From positions 480,001 through 544,000 of the forward strand of contig CAWIBO010000005.1 of the NCBI GenBank assembly GCA_963834385.1: a stretch of 64,000 nucleotides of DNA. The letters run 5' to 3'. The notes beneath the pieces are model-generated. The model did not search any database, was not told where the DNA came from, and saw only the letters and a list, made by a program, of their open reading frames with translations. The first letter of the stretch is position 1. Each line of letters starts with the position of its first letter. This DNA comes from an uncultured Verrucomicrobiae bacterium. Its GTDB lineage: Bacteria > Verrucomicrobiota > Verrucomicrobiia > Chthoniobacterales > UBA10450. Both the position numbers and the translations under genes were made by a program. Of the stretch, positions 1-8,622 are shown piece after piece.

Positions 1-230
1 GCGTGGGCTTTTTCCTTCTGCGCGGTTTCCTTGAGATCGAGCCCGGCGCAAAAGGCGGGCCCGGCCCCGCGCAGGATCAGGACGCGCTGCCTGGGATCGC
101 TCTCCGCGGTCTGCACCGCTTCGGTCAGGTTCGTCATCAACTCGATGGTGAGCGCGTTACGACGCTCCGGGCGATTCAAGGTCAGAACCGTGACCTGGGG
201 AGTTTGTTTTTCGACGAGGACGACAGACAT
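1..230 (-). CDS. Enoyl-CoA hydratase/isomerase family protein (probable methylglutaconyl-CoA hydratase), N-terminal part; runs off the window
   Basis: My translation from ATG at 230: MSVVLVEKQTPQVTVLTLNRPERRNALT...LILRGAGPAFCAGLDLKE (crotonase motifs); next to HMG-CoA lyase. Confidence 0.85.
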   Translation of the reverse strand, partial: MSVVLVEKQTPQVTVLTLNRPERRNALTIELMTNLTEAVQTAESDPRQRVLILRGAGPAFCAGLDLKETAQKEKAH

Positions 231-261
231 GCTTTACTTTAGCCCGCCCAGTAATCCCGTC

Positions 262-1119
262 ATGACCCGATCCGTCAAGCTCATCGAATGTCCACGCGAC
301 GCGTGGCAGGGGTTGGCGCATCTCATCCCGACGGAAAGAAAGGCGGAATATTTGCGCGCGCTGGTCGAAGCAGGATTTCGTCACCTTGATGCGGTCAGCT
401 TTGTTTCGCCGAAGGCGGTGCCGCAGATGGCCGACAGCGAAGAAGTGCTGAAGCTGCTCGGCCGGCCGGCTGGGGTCGAGGTGATCGGCATTGTGGTGAA
501 CGAGAAAGGCGCGGAGCGCGCGATCAGCACCGGAGCGGTGAGCACGCTCGGTTATCCGTTCTCGATATCCGGGACGTTTCTCCAGCGCAACCAGAAGCAG
601 ACGCGGGCGGAAAGTGAGAAAATGCTGGAGCGCATCCGGCACCTGGCCGCGGACGCCGGGCTGCAAACGGTGGCCTACATTTCCATGGCCTTCGGCAATC
701 CCTACGGTGACCCCTGGGACGAGGGGGCCGTGGCCGATGCCGTCCGCCTGCTCGCGAGCTTCGGCGTGGAGGCCATTTCGCTCGCCGACACGGTGGGCGC
801 GGCCGGGGAGGACCTGATCCGGCGGGTGGTGGAGCGCGCCCTGCCCGAGTGCGGGAACAGCGAACTCGGTGTGCACCTGCACAGCCGCGCGGGAGAAGCG
901 CGATCGCGGATCCTGGCCGCCTATGATGCGGGCTGCCGCCGTTTCGACTCGGCCCTGGGGGGACTGGGCGGCTGCCCGTTCGCGCAGGACTCGATGGTGG
1001 GAAACATTCCGACGGAAGAATTGCTGGGCGCGCTTCGGGATCGCAACGCCGTGCCTGATCCAGAGCCCGACCTGGGCCCGGCGATCACCTTGAATCGGGA
1101 GATTGCGGGCGTTGCCTAG
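262..1119 (+). CDS. Hydroxymethylglutaryl-CoA lyase
   Basis: ECPRDAWQG, SFVSPKAVPQMAD, LADTVG, HLH, GLGGCPFA...GNIPTE motifs; start taken at MTRSVKL. Confidence 0.9.
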   Translation: MTRSVKLIECPRDAWQGLAHLIPTERKAEYLRALVEAGFRHLDAVSFVSPKAVPQMADSEEVLKLLGRPAGVEVIGIVVNEKGAERAISTGAVSTLGYPFSISGTFLQRNQKQTRAESEKMLERIRHLAADAGLQTVAYISMAFGNPYGDPWDEGAVADAVRLLASFGVEAISLADTVGAAGEDLIRRVVERALPECGNSELGVHLHSRAGEARSRILAAYDAGCRRFDSALGGLGGCPFAQDSMVGNIPTEELLGALRDRNAVPDPEPDLGPAITLNREIAGVA

Positions 1120-2744
1120 ACCTGGACCACGCCGGTATGGAAACGCGCCCGCGGCATCGGGCGGGAGACATACTCAAGCAGACGGTCGAGGACGTCGCGC
1201 GTCTCGTGCGGCTGAATGATGGCGTCGATCCAGCCGCGCGCGGCGCCGTAGCGCACATCGGTCTGTTCCTCGTAGGAACGTTTTACCCGGGCGCGCAGTT
1301 CCTCGAGCTCCTCCGGCGATGACTTTTTGTCGCCGCGGTCGCGGGCTCGCGCGAGGATGCTGAAAACCGTGTCGGACGCCTGGGCCGCGCCCATGACGGC
1401 ATAACGGGCGTTGGGCCAGGCAATGAGAAAGCGCGGGTCGTAGGCCTTGCCGCAGAGGGCATAGTTGCCGGCACCAAAGGAACCGCCCACCACCACGGTG
1501 ATTTTCGGAACCACGGAATTGCTGACCGCGTTGACCAGCTTGGCCCCGCTCCGGATGATCCCGCTCTGTTCCGCGTCCTTTCCGACCATGAACCCGGTGA
1601 CATCCTGGAAAAAAATGATCGGAAGACCGGTCTGGTTGCAATCCATCACAAAACGCGCCGCCTTGTCGGCGCTGTCGGCATAGATCACGCCGCCCATCTG
1701 GATGCCTTCCTTTTTCGTTCGCACCTGCAGGCGCTGGTTCGCCACGATGCCAACCGGCCGGCCGCCGATCCGGGCGTAGGCGGTCACCAGCGTCTTGCCG
1801 TAGTCCGCCTTGTATTCGTCCAGGGAATCGGGGTCAATTACCGTGGCAAGCAGATCGCGCATGTCGTACGGCTTGGACCCGTCGGCGCTGATCAACTCGT
1901 AAACCGTCGCGGGATCCTTGCCTGGACCGGTGTTTTTTGCGGGAGCCTTCGTCTTCTTCGCCTGCTCGGCTTCGGGCAACAGCGCCATGAGCGAACGAAT
2001 CCGTTTCAGGCAGGAAGGATCATCCTTCTCGTAAAAATCGACCGTGCCGCTGATCTCCGAGTGCATGTGCGCCCCGCCCAGTTCCTCGGCTTCCACGATC
2101 TGCCCGATGGCCGCCTTGACCAGCGACGGCCCGGCAAGGTAAAGGCCGCTTCCCTGCGTCATCAGGATTTTGTCGCACAAGACCGGGAGGTAGGCGCCGC
2201 CGGCGACGCAGTTGCCCATGATGGCGGCAAACTGCGGGATGCCCGCGGCGGAAATGACGGAGTTATTGCGAAAGATGCGCCCGAAATCGTCTTCATCGGG
2301 AAAAATCTCGTCCTGCAGGGGGAGGAACACGCCGGCGGAATCGACCAGGTAAATCAGCGGAAGATTGCTCTCGAAGGCGACGCGCTGGGCCCGGATGAGT
2401 TTCTTGGCCGTCTGGGGAAAGAAGGCCCCGGCTTTCACACTGGCGTCGTTGGCCACGATCATGCAGGGAACACCCGAGACCCGGCCAATGCCGGCGACGG
2501 CGCCGGCGGCGGGGACGCTGCCCCAATCCGGATACATTTTGTAGGCGGCCCAGAGGCCGAGCTCGAAGAAAGGGGTGTTTTTATCGAGCAACAAAGCCAG
2601 GCGCTCGCGGGCGCTAAGGCGGCCGAGTTTGTGCTGGCGTTCCTGGCCAGCCTTGCCCCCACCTTCGCGCAGGAGAGCTTCCTCCTTGGCGATGGCGGCG
2701 CAGACGTCGCGCAAGCTGGTCTTGGGTGCGGAAGCAGAGGCCAT
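1116..2744 (-). CDS. Acyl-CoA carboxylase carboxyltransferase subunit (methylcrotonyl-CoA carboxylase beta-like)
   Basis: VANDASVKAGA, LVDSAGVFLPLQDEIFPD, GNCVAGGAY, QDVTGFMVG, SFGAGNYALCG motifs. Confidence 0.9.
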   Translation of the reverse strand: MASASAPKTSLRDVCAAIAKEEALLREGGGKAGQERQHKLGRLSARERLALLLDKNTPFFELGLWAAYKMYPDWGSVPAAGAVAGIGRVSGVPCMIVANDASVKAGAFFPQTAKKLIRAQRVAFESNLPLIYLVDSAGVFLPLQDEIFPDEDDFGRIFRNNSVISAAGIPQFAAIMGNCVAGGAYLPVLCDKILMTQGSGLYLAGPSLVKAAIGQIVEAEELGGAHMHSEISGTVDFYEKDDPSCLKRIRSLMALLPEAEQAKKTKAPAKNTGPGKDPATVYELISADGSKPYDMRDLLATVIDPDSLDEYKADYGKTLVTAYARIGGRPVGIVANQRLQVRTKKEGIQMGGVIYADSADKAARFVMDCNQTGLPIIFFQDVTGFMVGKDAEQSGIIRSGAKLVNAVSNSVVPKITVVVGGSFGAGNYALCGKAYDPRFLIAWPNARYAVMGAAQASDTVFSILARARDRGDKKSSPEELEELRARVKRSYEEQTDVRYGAARGWIDAIIQPHETRDVLDRLLEYVSRPMPRARFHTGVVQV

Positions 2745-2811
2745 GGAACGGATGCACGCTTAATCCGCGCGCGGGCCCGAAGCAAGCGGAGTCGCAGTCC
2801 CGCGGCGCGAA

Positions 2812-3114
2812 CTAGTAGATATCGATCTCCGAGCGGTAACCGGAATCGCCACGGATGCTGCGGAGCCGGTTGCGGCTGCCGCGCTCGGTTTCAGGGCGAT
2901 TGATGCGTTCCAGCGCGACCTTGACGAGGAAAGGGAGGGCGGCGAGGGCGCCGACGGAGACGAGCGCGATGGCGGCGGCCTGGCGCACGGGGCGCGCAAA
3001 CTTGTCCGCCACCAGCATGCCCACGCCCAGGCCCAGCGCGGTGCGCGTGAGCGACAGCAGGCCGTCGAGCGGCAGCTGATCGGGGGTTTTTGGCATGGAT
3101 AACGAAATAGACAT
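2812..3114 (-). CDS. Small hypothetical membrane protein
   Basis: 100-aa ORF with two hydrophobic segments filling the gap between genes. Confidence 0.6.
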   Translation of the reverse strand: MSISLSMPKTPDQLPLDGLLSLTRTALGLGVGMLVADKFARPVRQAAAIALVSVGALAALPFLVKVALERINRPETERGSRNRLRSIRGDSGYRSEIDIY

Positions 3115-3193
3115 CGCCTACCCTTATACGGTCCGATTCCAAAAAAGAAACGGGAAATTCTTCATTCGTGCGCGGCGCTGAACATAAGGTTTG

Positions 3194-4261
3194 ATGGCTA
3201 ATTCGCTTTACGCGCTCATCCTTGCCGGGGGCAGTGGGGAACGCTTCTGGCCGCTCAGCCGCCGGGCCAAACCAAAGCAACTGTTGCGCCTCGTCTCCGG
3301 CCAGACGCTTCTCGAGGAGACCATCAGCCGCCTCGATGGGCTGGTTCCGCCCGAAAAAATCCTCGTCCTGACCAACACCGACCAGGAGCAGGCGGTCCGG
3401 GCGCTCCTCCCGAAATTTCCCGCCGGCAACATCGTGGCGGAGCCCGCCAAGCGGGACACCGCCGCGGCTGTGGCCCTCGGCGTCGGCTGGGTTTCCGCCC
3501 GCGATCCCGGCGCCACCATGATGGTTCTGCCGGCCGATCACGTCATCCGGGACGCGGAAGGATTCCGGTCCACCCTGGCCGGCGCGGCGCGCGCCGCGGA
3601 AGAGCATTCCGCGCTGGTCACCATCGGCATCAAGCCGTCGTGGGCCTGCCCCGGCTTCGGCTACATCGAGATGGGCAAGGAAGCCCGCGTGCGGGAGGCC
3701 ACCACAGCAGTGCACCACGTCGCGCGGTTCCGGGAGAAACCGAACGCCGACCTGGCCGAGACTTTTCTCCGGCAGGGCACGTTTCGCTGGAATGCCGGCA
3801 TGTTTCTCTGGTCCGTCCCGACCGTGATCAGCGAGTTCAACCGGCACACGCCCGCGCTGGGCCGATTCATCGCCGCCGTGCACGGGGCCAAGGATCTCCC
3901 GCGTCTTCTCGGGGATGAATTCGCGAAGCTGCCGAAGATTTCCTTCGATTACGCCATCATGGAACATGCCGAGCGGGTCCTCATGGTGGAGGCGGGCTTT
4001 GACTGGGATGACGTCGGCAGCTGGACCGCGGTGGCTCGTTACTTCCAGAAGGACGGGGAGGAAAACGCGGCCAACTGCCATCTGACCGCGTCCGATTCGA
4101 CCAACAACATCGTTTTCGACGAAAGCGGCGGGAGCGTGGCCCTGCTCGGCGTGCACAACCTCATCGTCGTGCGCACCGGTGATGCCATTCTCATCTGTCA
4201 CCGCCACCAGGCCGAGAAGATCAAGGAACTGGTGGGACGCATTCCGCCGGAGCTGCAGTAG
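3194..4261 (+). CDS. manC: Mannose-1-phosphate guanylyltransferase
   Basis: ILAGGSGERFWPLSR, EPAKRDTAAA, PADH, FREKP, WNAGMF, SFDYAIME, WDDVGSW. Confidence 0.92.
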   Translation: MANSLYALILAGGSGERFWPLSRRAKPKQLLRLVSGQTLLEETISRLDGLVPPEKILVLTNTDQEQAVRALLPKFPAGNIVAEPAKRDTAAAVALGVGWVSARDPGATMMVLPADHVIRDAEGFRSTLAGAARAAEEHSALVTIGIKPSWACPGFGYIEMGKEARVREATTAVHHVARFREKPNADLAETFLRQGTFRWNAGMFLWSVPTVISEFNRHTPALGRFIAAVHGAKDLPRLLGDEFAKLPKISFDYAIMEHAERVLMVEAGFDWDDVGSWTAVARYFQKDGEENAANCHLTASDSTNNIVFDESGGSVALLGVHNLIVVRTGDAILICHRHQAEKIKELVGRIPPELQ

Positions 4262-4263
4262 AG

Positions 4264-4701
4264 ATGAAACGGATCCTCGGGATCGATTTCGGCAGTGTTC
4301 GGGTGGGCCTCGCCCTTTCCGACGAACTGCAGATGCTGGCGCATCCGCTCGAAACCGTGGCGGCCGTGCCGGAGAAAGCCCTGCTCGCCCGTCTTTCCTC
4401 CCTGGTCACGGAGAAGGAGGTTGAGCGGGTCGTGGTGGGACATCCGCGAAACATGGACGGGACCTACGGGCCGGCCGCGGAGGGCGCGAAGGCGTTCGCC
4501 GAAAAGCTCCGGGGCCAGGTCGCGCCGGAGGTGATTCTCTGGGATGAACGCCTGACCAGCGTGGCGGCCAACCGCGCCGTCCGGGAAAGTGGACGCTCCA
4601 CGCGTGAGTCGCGCCAGTTCATCGACCAGGTCGCGGCGCAAATGATCCTGCAGGGATATCTCGACCGCCAGGCCGCCGCGGCCGGACCCGGTGGGGCATG
4701 A
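4264..4701 (+). CDS. ruvX: YqgF/RuvX family nuclease (pre-16S rRNA maturation)
   Basis: RILGIDFGSVRVGLALSD, VVGHPRNMDG, WDERLTS, IDQVAAQMILQGYLD. Confidence 0.92.
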   Translation: MKRILGIDFGSVRVGLALSDELQMLAHPLETVAAVPEKALLARLSSLVTEKEVERVVVGHPRNMDGTYGPAAEGAKAFAEKLRGQVAPEVILWDERLTSVAANRAVRESGRSTRESRQFIDQVAAQMILQGYLDRQAAAAGPGGA

Positions 4702-5438
4702 GAAGACTCAAGCTCACGCTCTCCTATCACGGCGCGGAGTTCAGCGGCTGGCAAAGCCAGGCCGACGGCAATGCCGTGCAGGATCATCTGGAAGCGGCCT
4801 TCCGCAAGATTCTTGACCGGCCGGTGCGGGTCCATGGCTCGGGCCGGACCGACAGCGGGGTGCACGCGCTCGGCCAGGTGGCCCATGTGGATCTGCCGGA
4901 CGCGCGCCGGAGCCCGGAGCGGTGGCTGGAAGCCCTGAACGGTCTCCTGCCGCGCGCGATTCGGATCGTGCGCAGCCGGTTTGTCCCTGATTCGTTTCAC
5001 GCCCGCTTTTCCGCCCGGGGGAAGGTTTACCGCTATCAGATCTGGGCTGCGCCTGTGGCCTCGCCCTTCGAGGCGGACCGTTCCTGGCACGTCCGGAGGC
5101 CGCTGGACGGGCAGGCGCTGGCCCGGGCCGCTTTTTTTTTCCAGGGAACGCACGATTTTGCCGGTTTCGCCGCCAACAGGGGAAAGAAGGAAGAAAGCAC
5201 CGTGCGCACGATTCACCGGATGCGTGTGACCTCCTCCGGCGCGCGCGTGCGTATCGAACTCGATGGGAACGGTTTCCTTTACAAGATGGCGCGCCTGATG
5301 GTGGGGATGATGGTGCAATGCGCCACCGGAAAACTGCCGGTGACGGCGGTGGAAGAGGCCCTGCGGAACCCGGCAGCAAAACACCCCCGGCTGGTGGCCC
5401 CGGCAGAGGGTCTTTTCCTCGTGCGGGTGCGGTACTGA
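4698..5438 (+). CDS. truA: tRNA pseudouridine(38-40) synthase
   Basis: SYHGAEFSGWQ, GSGRTDSGVHALGQVAH, FHARFSA, GTHDF, GNGFLYKMAR. Confidence 0.93.
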   Translation: MRRLKLTLSYHGAEFSGWQSQADGNAVQDHLEAAFRKILDRPVRVHGSGRTDSGVHALGQVAHVDLPDARRSPERWLEALNGLLPRAIRIVRSRFVPDSFHARFSARGKVYRYQIWAAPVASPFEADRSWHVRRPLDGQALARAAFFFQGTHDFAGFAANRGKKEESTVRTIHRMRVTSSGARVRIELDGNGFLYKMARLMVGMMVQCATGKLPVTAVEEALRNPAAKHPRLVAPAEGLFLVRVRY

Positions 5439-5516
5439 GATTGCTACGGGGAAGGCTCTCCAGGCGAGCGGCGGCGGGTGTCGGCGTGGCAGGAGACCTG
5501 CTTTGTGGAAATTTTA

Positions 5517-8500
5517 ATGTCTCCGGATTCCTCTCCTCTTGCCACGGGTCGTCAGCGCGAAGGTCTTCCGGTCACCCGCCGCGCTCTTTCCTGGCTCTTC
5601 AGCCAGGAACATTTCGGGGTGAAACTGTTCTCGGGCACGGCGGTGGCGGTGATCGTCATCGTGGCCATGGCGGCAATCTTCGGGCTCGTCTCCTATCGCA
5701 CGCATCATCACGAGGAACTGCGCGCCCAGACGACCGAGGTGATCCGGCTGAGCGCAATCCTCGAGAACGACATCAGCGTCCTGGAGACGAGTTACCGGGG
5801 ATTCCTCCTCTCGGGACAGAAACCATACCTGGCGCCGTTCGAGACGCGCCGGCCGCTTCTGCAGGAACACGTGGCGGAGCTGGTGGCTCGCATTGTCGAC
5901 AACCAAAGCCAGCGGAAACGCATTCTCAAGGTCCAGGACCTCGTCCAGAAATGGGTTAACACCGTGGCCACGCCGGGCATCGAGGCCCGCCAACGGGGCG
6001 GGGCCGTCACGGCCGAGGCCATCGAGGACCTGCTCGACCAGGCCCGCGCGCTCCTCAAGTCGATCCAGAGCGAGGAGCGCGTCGTCCTGAACGAACGGAT
6101 GCGCGAGCATGAGTGGGCCGCCCAGTCTTCCCAGATCCTCGATTACATTCCAAAGCTCGAGCATTCCGTCATCCAGATGGAAAACGCCAAACGCGCCTTT
6201 CTTCTCACGGCCAAACCGCATCTGACGGAGACCTACACCGCGGGCGTGGCTGATTTCTACACCGTGCATGGCCTCCTGAGCATGCTCATCGCCACCAACC
6301 CCGGCCAGATGGAGATGTTAAACGGGATCAAGGCGCAGGTGCAGCAATGGATCAACGAATCGGCCATCCCGGAAATTGACGCGCGCCGGAACGGACGCGA
6401 CATCGCGCCGATGCTCGCCACGCAGCGTGGACAGACGCTGATGACCGGCGTGCGCGCGGCCATCTCGAAATTCGAGCAGACCCAGCTCAAACTCTTTGAA
6501 GAACGGGCCGCGGCCACGAAAAAGGCGCGCATCTGGAAGACCGGCGCGCTCGGCGCGGTGGCCTGCCTCGCCGCCATCCTCCTGGCGCTCTCCAGCAGCT
6601 ACAGTTTTGTCCTCAGCCGCCGCCAGCTCTCCAAGCTCGAAGGCGCCGATGTCCGCATCCGCTCCATCATCGAGAACATCCTTGATGGCATGATCACGGT
6701 GGACCAGGACGGCACCATTTGTTCCATGAACCCGGCGGCGGAAAAAATGTTTGGCTGCATCAACAACGAGATGGTCGGCCACAAGTTCATCAAGCTGGTC
6801 CCGAAATCATACAGCGCCGACCCGGAGGCCGAACCGGTCCCGTGCGCCTGGAACCAGATTGCGCGCCGGACCGGCTCCACCACCCTGGCTGTGGGACGAA
6901 CCCGCAAGCACGCCACTTTCCCGATCGAAATTTCGCTCAGCGAGATGACCGTCGACCGTCAGATCCTTTATGTGGCCATGATCCGCGACGTCACGGAACG
7001 GAAACGGTTTGAGGGGGAAATCGCGGCCGAGAAGGAGAGCCTCGCCGTCACCCTGCGCTCGATCGGCGACGGCGTCATCACCACCGATGTGCAGGGCCGC
7101 ATCATCATGATCAACAAGGCGGGCGAGAACCTGACCGGTTGGCCCTCGAGCGAGGCCATCGGCCAGCCGCTCAAATCGGTTTTCAACGTCACGATCGACC
7201 TCGCCGCGCAGGCTCGCACCCAGCGGAGCGGCTACCGCAGCGAAGCCCACTCCATTCTCCTGAACCTTCCCGAAAACGCCACCCTGACCGCGCGGGACAC
7301 GACCGAACGGGTGATCGAGCAGGTCGCCTCCCCCATCCGCGACCCGAAGAACGAAGTGGCTGGCGTCGTGCTCGTCTTCCGCGACATCACCGAGCGGCAG
7401 CGCAACGAGGCGGAACGGCGCAAGGCCGAGACCCTCGAGCAGCTCGGGTTGCTCGCCGGCGGCATCGCGCACGACTTCAACAATCTTCTCACCGCCATCA
7501 TCGGCAACATCTCCCTCGCCTCGCTCCTCCTCCCGCCCAGCGACGAGATGGCCACCCGCCTGAACGACGCCAAGAACGCCTCCATGCGCGCGCGCGACCT
7601 GGCCCAGCAGCTTCTCACCTTTGCCCGCGGCGGCGCCCCCATCAAAAAGACCGCCTCCATCGGCAAACTCATCCAGGACACGGTCAGCTTCTCCCTGCGC
7701 GGATCGCACAGCCGGAGCGAGTTCAATTTCGGTTCGGAACTCTGGCCGGCCGAGATCGACCCCGGCCAGATCAGCCAGGTCGTGGCCAATCTCGTGGTCA
7801 ACGCCGACCAGGCCATGCCGCAGGGCGGGACCCTGCGGGTCACCTGCGACAACTTCGTTTACAACCCGGAACAGCAGGCGGCCATCGCCGACCTCATGCC
7901 CGGTGATTACGTCCGCATCATCCTGAAGGATGAAGGCGTCGGCATCCCGGAAAATTACCTCAAGCGCATCTTTGATCCCTATTTCACCACCAAGGCCAAG
8001 GGCAACGGCCTCGGGCTGGCCACGACCTATTCCATCATCAAGAATCACAACGGCCTCATCACCGTCGATTCCGAGGTGCACAATGGGACCACCTTCACCA
8101 TCTACCTGCCGGCCAGCAGCGAGATCGAGGTCCCGGCCGAAACCGTGCAGGTCTCGCCCGAGAGCATCTCCGGGACCGGCAGCATCCTCGTGGTCGATGA
8201 TGAGGAAGCCATCCGCGCCCTGGTCGAGTTCACCCTCTCCCGGTTGGGTTACGAGGTGGCCGAGGCGGAGACCGCCCTGGCCGGCGTCGAGCTTTACCGT
8301 GAACGACTCGAGGCCGGGAAACGCTTTGACCTTGTCATCCTCGACCTGACCCTCCCCGGCGGCATGGGCGGAAAAGAGGCGCTCAAGCGCCTGATTGAGA
8401 TTGATCCGACGGTGAATGCCATCGTCTCCAGCGGCTACGCCATGGACGCCACCATGAGCCGTTACCAGGATTACGGGTTCCGCGGCGTCATCGCGAAGCC

Positions 8501-8609
8501 CTACGAGGCGGCGGAACTCGGCCGGGTGGTGCACGACGCCATCGCCGCCGGCCGGATCAACGTGGTGGAAGACTTCGAAGGCGGCCGGCTCGCCACCCGC
8601 GTGGCCTGA
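5517..8609 (+). CDS. Hybrid sensor histidine kinase (TM, 2x CHASE3-like, TM, 2x PAS, HisKA, HATPase, receiver)
   Basis: ETSYRGFLLSG and ENAKRAFLLTA CHASE3-like repeats; two PAS segments; AGGIAHDFNNLL H-box; FDPYFTTK/GNGLGL; ILVVDDE receiver. Confidence 0.9.
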   Translation: MSPDSSPLATGRQREGLPVTRRALSWLFSQEHFGVKLFSGTAVAVIVIVAMAAIFGLVSYRTHHHEELRAQTTEVIRLSAILENDISVLETSYRGFLLSGQKPYLAPFETRRPLLQEHVAELVARIVDNQSQRKRILKVQDLVQKWVNTVATPGIEARQRGGAVTAEAIEDLLDQARALLKSIQSEERVVLNERMREHEWAAQSSQILDYIPKLEHSVIQMENAKRAFLLTAKPHLTETYTAGVADFYTVHGLLSMLIATNPGQMEMLNGIKAQVQQWINESAIPEIDARRNGRDIAPMLATQRGQTLMTGVRAAISKFEQTQLKLFEERAAATKKARIWKTGALGAVACLAAILLALSSSYSFVLSRRQLSKLEGADVRIRSIIENILDGMITVDQDGTICSMNPAAEKMFGCINNEMVGHKFIKLVPKSYSADPEAEPVPCAWNQIARRTGSTTLAVGRTRKHATFPIEISLSEMTVDRQILYVAMIRDVTERKRFEGEIAAEKESLAVTLRSIGDGVITTDVQGRIIMINKAGENLTGWPSSEAIGQPLKSVFNVTIDLAAQARTQRSGYRSEAHSILLNLPENATLTARDTTERVIEQVASPIRDPKNEVAGVVLVFRDITERQRNEAERRKAETLEQLGLLAGGIAHDFNNLLTAIIGNISLASLLLPPSDEMATRLNDAKNASMRARDLAQQLLTFARGGAPIKKTASIGKLIQDTVSFSLRGSHSRSEFNFGSELWPAEIDPGQISQVVANLVVNADQAMPQGGTLRVTCDNFVYNPEQQAAIADLMPGDYVRIILKDEGVGIPENYLKRIFDPYFTTKAKGNGLGLATTYSIIKNHNGLITVDSEVHNGTTFTIYLPASSEIEVPAETVQVSPESISGTGSILVVDDEEAIRALVEFTLSRLGYEVAEAETALAGVELYRERLEAGKRFDLVILDLTLPGGMGGKEALKRLIEIDPTVNAIVSSGYAMDATMSRYQDYGFRGVIAKPYEAAELGRVVHDAIAAGRINVVEDFEGGRLATRVA

Positions 8610-8622
8610 TCCTCCGGCAATC

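Noticed and set aside
6807..8534. Long antisense ORFs (e.g. 575 aa here; also 20201-21661, 32199-33776, 43655-45064)
   Set aside because: Shadow frames of well-supported GC-rich genes, with no recognisable motifs
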